From NCBI GenBank assembly GCA_943350765.1, contig CALRAJ010000003.1:65456-129455 (forward strand): DNA of 64,000 bases, given 5' to 3'. This DNA comes from Candidatus Tayloriibacteriota bacterium. GTDB lineage: Bacteria; Patescibacteriota; Minisyncoccia; Phycocordibacterales; PALSA-1337. Of the stretch, positions 57,855-64,000 are shown piece after piece (within the stretch, counting starts at the first letter, position 1; the number at the start of each line of letters is the position of its first letter). The notes under the pieces were generated by a model that was not told where the DNA came from, made no database searches, and saw nothing but the letters and a program-made list of their open reading frames with translations. Made by a program: the position numbers and the translations under genes.

Positions 57855-58478
57855 ATGGAAATACTGGAAAAACTATTCGGTTCACAGTCAAGGGTCAAAA
57901 TGATGCGTCTTTTCTTGTTTAATCCTGAGCAGGCATACGGTGTTGATGATATTGTTTTGCGTGCAAAAGTTATAGCCAAAGAGGTCAAAGAACAAATCGC
58001 TGTTTTTGAAAAAATCGGGTTGGTTAAGAGTAGGCAACTCACTCAGGAAATTTCAAAGAAAAAAGGTAAAAAGATAGTGATCAAAAAGCTTCGGGTTCAG
58101 GGTTGGTTTCTTGATGATAGTTTCCTTTATATGGTGGCACTAAAAAATCTTTTGATTACTGTCAGTATGAAGACACACGAAGATATTGCAAAGCATTTTG
58201 GTCCAGTGGGTAAAATCAGGGCGTTGATAGTGTCCGGTATTTTTATTCAGGACTGGGAGAGTCGGGTAGATTTGTTGATTGTTGCAGATAATCTAAAACC
58301 TGCATCGCTTGAGCGTGCTGTAAAGTCCCTCGAAGCAGAAATAGGTAGGGAGATACGATATGCGGCATTTGAAACTTCTGATTTTCAGTACAGACTTGAT
58401 ATATATGACAAATTGATAAGAGATATCCTAGATTTTCCTCATAAAAAGGTTGTGGATAAGATAGGTATTGTGCACTAG
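57855..58478 (+). CDS. hypothetical protein
   Basis: Start taken at MEILEKLFG. No recognisable motif. Confidence 0.4.
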   Translation: MEILEKLFGSQSRVKMMRLFLFNPEQAYGVDDIVLRAKVIAKEVKEQIAVFEKIGLVKSRQLTQEISKKKGKKIVIKKLRVQGWFLDDSFLYMVALKNLLITVSMKTHEDIAKHFGPVGKIRALIVSGIFIQDWESRVDLLIVADNLKPASLERAVKSLEAEIGREIRYAAFETSDFQYRLDIYDKLIRDILDFPHKKVVDKIGIVH

Positions 58479-58507
58479 GGATTGATTTATTTTTGTGGTA
58501 TTATTTA

Positions 58508-58702
58508 TGTGTATTTAGAGCCTGTTCAAAATCTAATGCCTAGGTCAAACCCTCAAATTTTGAGCGAAAATCAAACAGTTCGAGGAAACATATCGAGATA
58601 CGCTGACGAGAAATGGATGATTTGTAGCCAAAATTTGAGGGTTTGGGCAGGCAAGCCATCTTTTACAAGAGATTAGTGCGGTTAGATTTTGAACAGGCTC
58701 TT
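58508..58702. repeat. about 195-nt element with nested inverted repeats (MITE-like or structured RNA)
   Basis: Outer 20-bp TIR gagcctgttcaaaatctaa...ttagattttgaacaggctc. Inner IR gtcaaaccctcaaattttg...caaaatttgagggtttggg. Track ORF 58482-58676 is probably not coding. Confidence 0.5.
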
Positions 58703-58802
58703 AATGGTCGAATTTGTGCCTATTTTTTCATTATTACCATCAGTCTCTTGCACTTAAACTGATTGCAGTAGACTTAATAACAGATAATTTTATAATATTA
58801 CT

Positions 58803-59492
58803 ATGTTTCAAAATCAAGTAGGTGACTTGTTTGCTGGTCCTTTAACAGGTATTTGGAGCGGGGTTTCGGAATTTATTCCACGATTTGTGTTTGCGTTGGT
58901 TATTTTTATAGTTGGTTGTATTGTTGCATCATTTATTAAAAAACTGATAGTTCATATCATAAGAATGATAAAGCTTGATCAGCTTTTGGCTACAGCTGGG
59001 GTGGATGTGGTTTTAAGACGAGCGGATATGAATTTGGATTCTGGTAAGTTTCTCGGTACTCTGGTGCAGTGGTTTGTGGTTATCGTTTTTTTGGTGGCTT
59101 CACTCAATGTTCTCGGGCTTGCACAGGTGAATGAGTTTTTCCTTGCAGTGGTTGTAAATTACCTACCGCGTGTGATAGTAGCTGTACTCATGCTCATTGT
59201 CGGAGTACTTGTTGCCGATTTTATGGGTAAGGTAGTGGTGGGAGGTGCAAAGGCAACCAATGTAATGCAAGCCAATCTTCTGGGTAGTATTACACGATGG
59301 GCTATTTGGATTTTTGCTCTTCTTGTAGCTCTACAGCAAGTAGGCATCGCAGGTCAGCTTATACAGACTATTTTCCTCGGCTTGGTGGTGGCAGTATCTC
59401 TCGCTGTAGGTCTAGCTTTTGGTCTTGGTGGACAAGAAGCAGCATCAAGGGCGATCGAGCGTATTCGACAGGAGATTGCATCTCGAAAGTAG
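58803..59492 (+). CDS. membrane protein with conserved-TM-helix repeats (MscS-related N-terminal type)
   Basis: Repeated hydrophobic helices with conserved G/A spacing. No cytoplasmic MscS beta domain. Confidence 0.45.
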   Translation: MFQNQVGDLFAGPLTGIWSGVSEFIPRFVFALVIFIVGCIVASFIKKLIVHIIRMIKLDQLLATAGVDVVLRRADMNLDSGKFLGTLVQWFVVIVFLVASLNVLGLAQVNEFFLAVVVNYLPRVIVAVLMLIVGVLVADFMGKVVVGGAKATNVMQANLLGSITRWAIWIFALLVALQQVGIAGQLIQTIFLGLVVAVSLAVGLAFGLGGQEAASRAIERIRQEIASRK

Positions 59493-59525
59493 TTTTCTTT
59501 CTAGAAAAACTTAAGTTTTCTAAAC

Positions 59526-59560
59526 AAAAAATCTTGCCATTAAAACGGCAAGATTTTTTG
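59526..59560 (+). terminator. rho-independent terminator aaaaaatcttgccattaaaacggcaagattttttg
   Basis: Hairpin plus T-tract. Confidence 0.6.
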
Positions 59561-59610
59561 TTTGGAAAAGTAACATTTTATTTACTTAAATCACAGGAAA
59601 TTTTTTGCCA

Positions 59611-59740
59611 AAAATTTCCTGGTGTCGTGTAGCAACTAGTCCTAAAAAGGGGGTTCGGAGGCTGACGAGCCGAGACTTCAGGTCTTGGCGAGCCAGCCAA
59701 AGGCCGTACCCTTTTTAGGACTAGTTGCGAAACCGTTGAC
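59611..59740 (+). repeat. repeat family F2 copy 2 (upstream of the 23S rRNA gene)
   Basis: gtgtagcaactagtcctaaaaaggg...ccctttttaggactagttgcgaaaccgttgac forms a long hairpin. Homologous to 53863-53968. Confidence 0.5.
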
Positions 59741-60836
59741 AATAAAAACGCCCTAGTATATACTATCCGTTACCTGAATATGTTGAAGAATCACTTTAAA
59801 AAGCGCTAAAGATAACGGATATTTTTCTGTTGTTTTTAGAACCGCTTAAAAAAGCGGATTTTTGTTTCCAAAAAGGAAACACCCAACCGAATGGTGCGAG
59901 GTTTAGGGCTAAATCATTCACGAAGGCGAATGATCGCCCGACTCCACGAAATGGAGTTTAGGGTCCAGAAACGACCGTCACTTTGAAAAATAAATCCTAT
60001 CGTCGTATCAACTTGCGGTGTACTCTTTTGGGTATACGCGTGGGTCTTTTCGGTACGATAGATAGCTGTACTGCGGAAACGCAGTACAAAACCTTTATCA
60101 GGTTTTCAATCAGGATCTGGTAAAGCGAATTGGTAAGTCTGTGGGGAGAAATCTTCACAGACAATTGTAAGTAAATAATTGTGGTTTTTAAATTTCCTAA
60201 TAGGAAATTAAGAGCATATGGTGGATGCCTTGACTTGAAGAGGCGATGAAGGACGCGGTCTGGCTGCGATAAGCTTCGGGGAGGTGCCTAGCAACCTTTG
60301 ATCCGAAGATTTCCGAATGGGGAAACCCCTCGTGCTTGACACGAGACTCTGTAGCAATACAGAGAGCATACCCAGGGAAGTAAAACATTTCATTACCTGG
60401 TGGAAAAGAAAACAATGTCCGCAAGGACAATATTTCCTAAGTAGCGGCGAGCGAAAAGGAAAGAGCCCAAACCGAAGCATCACGGTGAGTGTGATAGATG
60501 AGGCGAAAGTCGAAAGTACGAAGTCTAAGGTCGATTCAAAATGCAAACACTATGCATTTGAGTTCACTTTTGACTTTTAGGCTTAGGACTTTCGACTTGT
60601 GCATCGTACCCAGCGTGATGCTTCGGGGTTGTAAGGTGAGAGCGTTCTATTTATAGAAGTAGAGTTAAAAAATAGTGTATTAGCTTAAATATCTGAAAAG
60701 ATATACCCTAGAAGGTTATAGTCCCGTAAGCGAAAATATACTATCTCTATTGTTCTCATTCTTGAGTACCTCGAGACACGAATGGCTCGGGGGAATCTGC
60801 CGGAACTAACCGGTAAGGCTAAATACTCTTCAAGAT

Positions 60837-60875
<39 letters not shown>

Positions 60876-61630
60876 GCCCGTCAAGGGCGGTGAAATAGAC
60901 CTGAAACCATATGCTTACAAGGAGTAGAAGCGGTGTCTCGCTTGTGCGAGGAAAAATAAAGAATGTATGTATTGAATTATTCTCCCTTTTTTAAAGGGAG
61001 CAGGCTCCATGCCGAGGGATTTAAATTTCAAATCCCTCCGCGCCAGAGTACTGTCGGTGCTCCCTTTAAAAAAGGGAGAATTTAATACAACAGCTTTTGA
61101 TTTTTATTCGTAAAAGTGAGACACCGTGACTGCGTGCCTATTGAAGAATGAGCCAACGAGTTAATGTATGCTGCAAGCTAAGTCCTTTACCGGATGGAGC
61201 TTCAGGGAAACCGAGTGTTAATAGCGCGTCTGTAGTATACATTAGACCCGAAGCCAGGTGAGCTTGTCATGCGCAGGGTGAACTCTCGAGAAATCGAGAG
61301 GGAGGCCCGAACCGGTGAGCCGTTCAATACTCTCGGATGACGTGTGATAAGGAGTGATAAGCTAATCGAACCTGGTAATAGCTGGTTCTCTCCGAAATAG
61401 CTTTTGGGCTAGCGTCGGAATTACCTTTGAGGGGTAGAGCACTGGAAGGTCTTGACAGGTCGAAAGATCCCGAGACCTATCAAACTCCGAATACTCAGAG
61501 TAAATTTTCCGGCAGTTAGACTGTGGGGGCTAAGCTCCATTGGTCAAAAGGGAAACAGCCCGGATCTCCATTTAAGGTCCCTAAATCTATGTTAAGTACG
61601 CTTAAGGTGGTAAGTTTTCTCAAACAATGA

Positions 61631-61662
<32 letters not shown>

Positions 61663-62610
61663 GAAAGCGTAACAGCTCACTCATCGAGAGAATTTGCGCC
61701 GCAGATAATCGGGGTTAAACATAGTACCGAAACTGAGGATTGCATATGTCTTCGGACGTATGCACTGGTAGGAGAGTATTCGCAACTGCACTGAAGGTAA
61801 AGGGGTGACCCATACTGGAGCGTTGCGAAGTAAGAATGTTGGCACAAGTAACCACAATGCAGGTGAGATACCTGCACGCCGAAAGACCAAGGATTCCTTG
61901 GCTATGTAAATCAGCCAAGGGTTAGTCGGGCCTAAGGGAATGGCGAAAGCCGTACTCGATGGACACATGGTTAATATTCCATGACGTATTTTGTGTGCGA
62001 CGGGATGACGAAGAGTAGTATGTATAGCGCATTATTGGATTTGCGTTTGTGTCGTCAGGGTGATTTCCAGGAAAATCCGGAAGTCTGTGTTTAATCACGC
62101 TCCAAGCGATATGAAGATGCTCGGGTTCGCTCGGGTAAATTGTACAAAGCACACTTTCAAGAAAAATCTCTAAGCATAACGCAAAGTACACCGTACCGCA
62201 AACCGACACAGGTGGTCAGCTCGAGTAGAGTAAGGCGAACGAGTGATTTTTCTCCAAGGAACTCGGCAAAAAAGCAGCCGTAACTTCGGAATATGGCTTG
62301 CCCGAGCATCACATGGGGTGTGATGCAGGCAAAAGTCGAAAGGTCGTAAGTCTGAAAGTCGGGATCCCGACTTTATGGACTCTATACTTTTAACTTTTGA
62401 CTCGTGCATCGCGCTTCGCGCGATGCTCGGGCCGCAGCGAAAGTATCCCTGGCAACTGTTTATCAAAAACACAGCTCCCTGCGAACTCGTAAGAGGATGT
62501 ATAGGGGGTGACACTTGACCAATGCCAGAAGGTCAAACGACGGCGGTGCTATGGTCGCAAGATTGTAGTGCTGGATGTTGTAAGCCCTGGTGAATGTCGG
62601 CCGTAACTAT

Positions 62611-63438
62611 AGACATGACCGTTGTAGTTACGCAAATAAATCTTGCCATATGCTGGAAACTCTGGCTTCACCTTCAATTTGGAGATGAAGAAAAAAGTGT
62701 TTATTACTACTCGCTTTGTCGAAAAGCAGTGACAATGTAATAACGCAGACAATCAGCAGGAAAGACTTCTTCTGTAATCAAAAATAAAATGGATTGGCTA
62801 CGCCAAATCAAACCGGATATGGGAAACTATATCGCAGGGTTCACGGATGGTGAAGGAAGTTTCAACATTTCAGTGAAAAAGAGAATTGATTACAAAGATC
62901 ATTGGAAGTTGACAGCCTCATTTAATATCTCTCAAAAAGACCGTGTTATCCTTGCTCTCATAAAAAAGGAGCTTGGGTGCGGGACTCTGCGAGAGAGAAA
63001 AGACGGAGTTGTTTACTACGAAGTGACTAACATCACTTCATTGAAAGAAAGAATTATTCCGTTTTTTAAACGGTTTGGTTTTCTTTCAGCACGGAAAAAA
63101 ACAAATTTCTCCATCTTTTCGACAATTGTCGAAAAGATGGAGAAAGGAGAACATCTGACAGATGAAGGTTTTCTGAAAATTCTAGAATTGAGAGAAACTC
63201 TCAATGAAGGAAGGGGAAGAAAACGTAAGTATAATTTATCAGATTGTATATCAAAAGAAGAATCCTCAGAGACTATACGCAAGACGGTTTCAAATCAATT
63301 GGAAGTCGACGATTTGAGAACGATGATATAGTCCGACCTTTGTGGCGACACAAAGATTAACAAAAAAGCAGAATCTTTGATAAACAGAGACTAGTTAAAT
63401 AAGTCGAAATAGTATGAGTGCATTGCTACTACATTATG
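62611..63438 (+). mobile_element. group I intron in 23S rRNA (domain IV, near E. coli positions 1915-1917)
   Basis: Exon junction ccgtaactat|...|aacggtcctaaggtagcgaaattcc reconstitutes the conserved AACUAUAACGGUCC. The exon ends in U, the intron ends in G, and the intron carries a LAGLIDADG ORF. Confidence 0.75.
62789..63331 (+). CDS. LAGLIDADG homing endonuclease (single-motif type)
   Basis: IAGFTDGEGSFNISV motif; 180 aa; sits inside the intron. Confidence 0.8.
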   Translation: MDWLRQIKPDMGNYIAGFTDGEGSFNISVKKRIDYKDHWKLTASFNISQKDRVILALIKKELGCGTLRERKDGVVYYEVTNITSLKERIIPFFKRFGFLSARKKTNFSIFSTIVEKMEKGEHLTDEGFLKILELRETLNEGRGRKRKYNLSDCISKEESSETIRKTVSNQLEVDDLRTMI

Positions 63439-64000
63439 AACGGTCCTAAGGTAGCGAAATTCCTTGTCAGGTAAGTTCTGACGTGCACGAATAGTGTAAT
63501 GACTGGGGAACTGTCTCGGAGAATAGCTCGGTGAAAATACAGTACCGGTGAAGATGCCGGTTACCTGCAGTTAGACGAAAAGACCCTAGAAGCTTTACTG
63601 CAGCTTGATATTGAGCATATGTTTTTGATGCGTAGCGTAGATGGGAGGATTTGAAGTGTATCTCTCGGGGTGCATGGATCCGCAAGTGAAATACCATTCT
63701 TTAAAAATATATGTTCTAACCTGTACGGCAAAAACGCACAGGGACATTATCTGGTGGGCAGTTTTAGTGGGGCGCTATCCTCCTAAAGAGTAACGGAGGA
63801 GTTTATTAAGGTCAGCTAGGCGCGAATGGAAACCGTGCCGATAGTGTAATGGCATAAGCTGGCTTAACTGTGAGGCGTACTTGCCAAGCAGATGCGAAAG
63901 CAGAACATAGTGAACCGACCATTCGCATTAGACGCGGTGGAAGATTATCGGATAAAAGCTACTCTAGGGATAACAGGCTGGTTGTGCCTAAGAGTTCATA

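Noticed and set aside
59750-60199. tRNA or 16S rRNA upstream of the 23S
   Set aside because: No cloverleaf with T-arm GTTCRANYC was found by eye, and no 16S-like sequence. The spacer seems to hold only leader and processing stems.

Overview
The window reads as a small-genome, low-GC bacterium with Candidate-Phyla-Radiation-like traits (inference). Supporting observations are compact housekeeping genes, a 23S rRNA gene carrying a group I intron with a LAGLIDADG homing endonuclease plus extra insertion segments, a fragmented ribosomal-protein cluster, and many large Ser/Thr-rich surface proteins. The housekeeping genes I can recognise are ileS, glyQS, metG, recO, recA, ftsK, efp, ssb, tatD, rpsF/rpsR, the rpsS-rplV-rpsC-rplP-rpmC-rpsQ-rplN-rplX-rplE block, an aquaporin, a delta-9 desaturase, an M16 peptidase, an AI-2E transporter and a DinJ-YafQ toxin-antitoxin pair. 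The most unusual part is an accessory island at about 8.7-16.9 kb, between a TrmB-like regulator and ileS. It holds small cassette-like ORFs of mixed GC content. Between them sit conserved intergenic repeats: five type-III-like hammerhead ribozyme motifs, a composite repeat that ends in a hammerhead, and a conserved upstream hairpin that shows compensatory base changes. No integrase, reverse transcriptase or phage structural gene is visible, so I flag this island as the candidate novel system. Other notable items are a histidine-phosphatase (PGAM-like) domain inserted into the IleRS catalytic core, a roughly 120-140 nt MITE-like inverted-repeat family (5 copies, both orientations, all in 5' leaders), a GC-rich 1.3 kb islet bounded by 127-bp direct repeats, and a short module shared between a 23S insertion and an intergenic region. 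Every call rests on reading the sequence and ORF track by eye; no searches were run.
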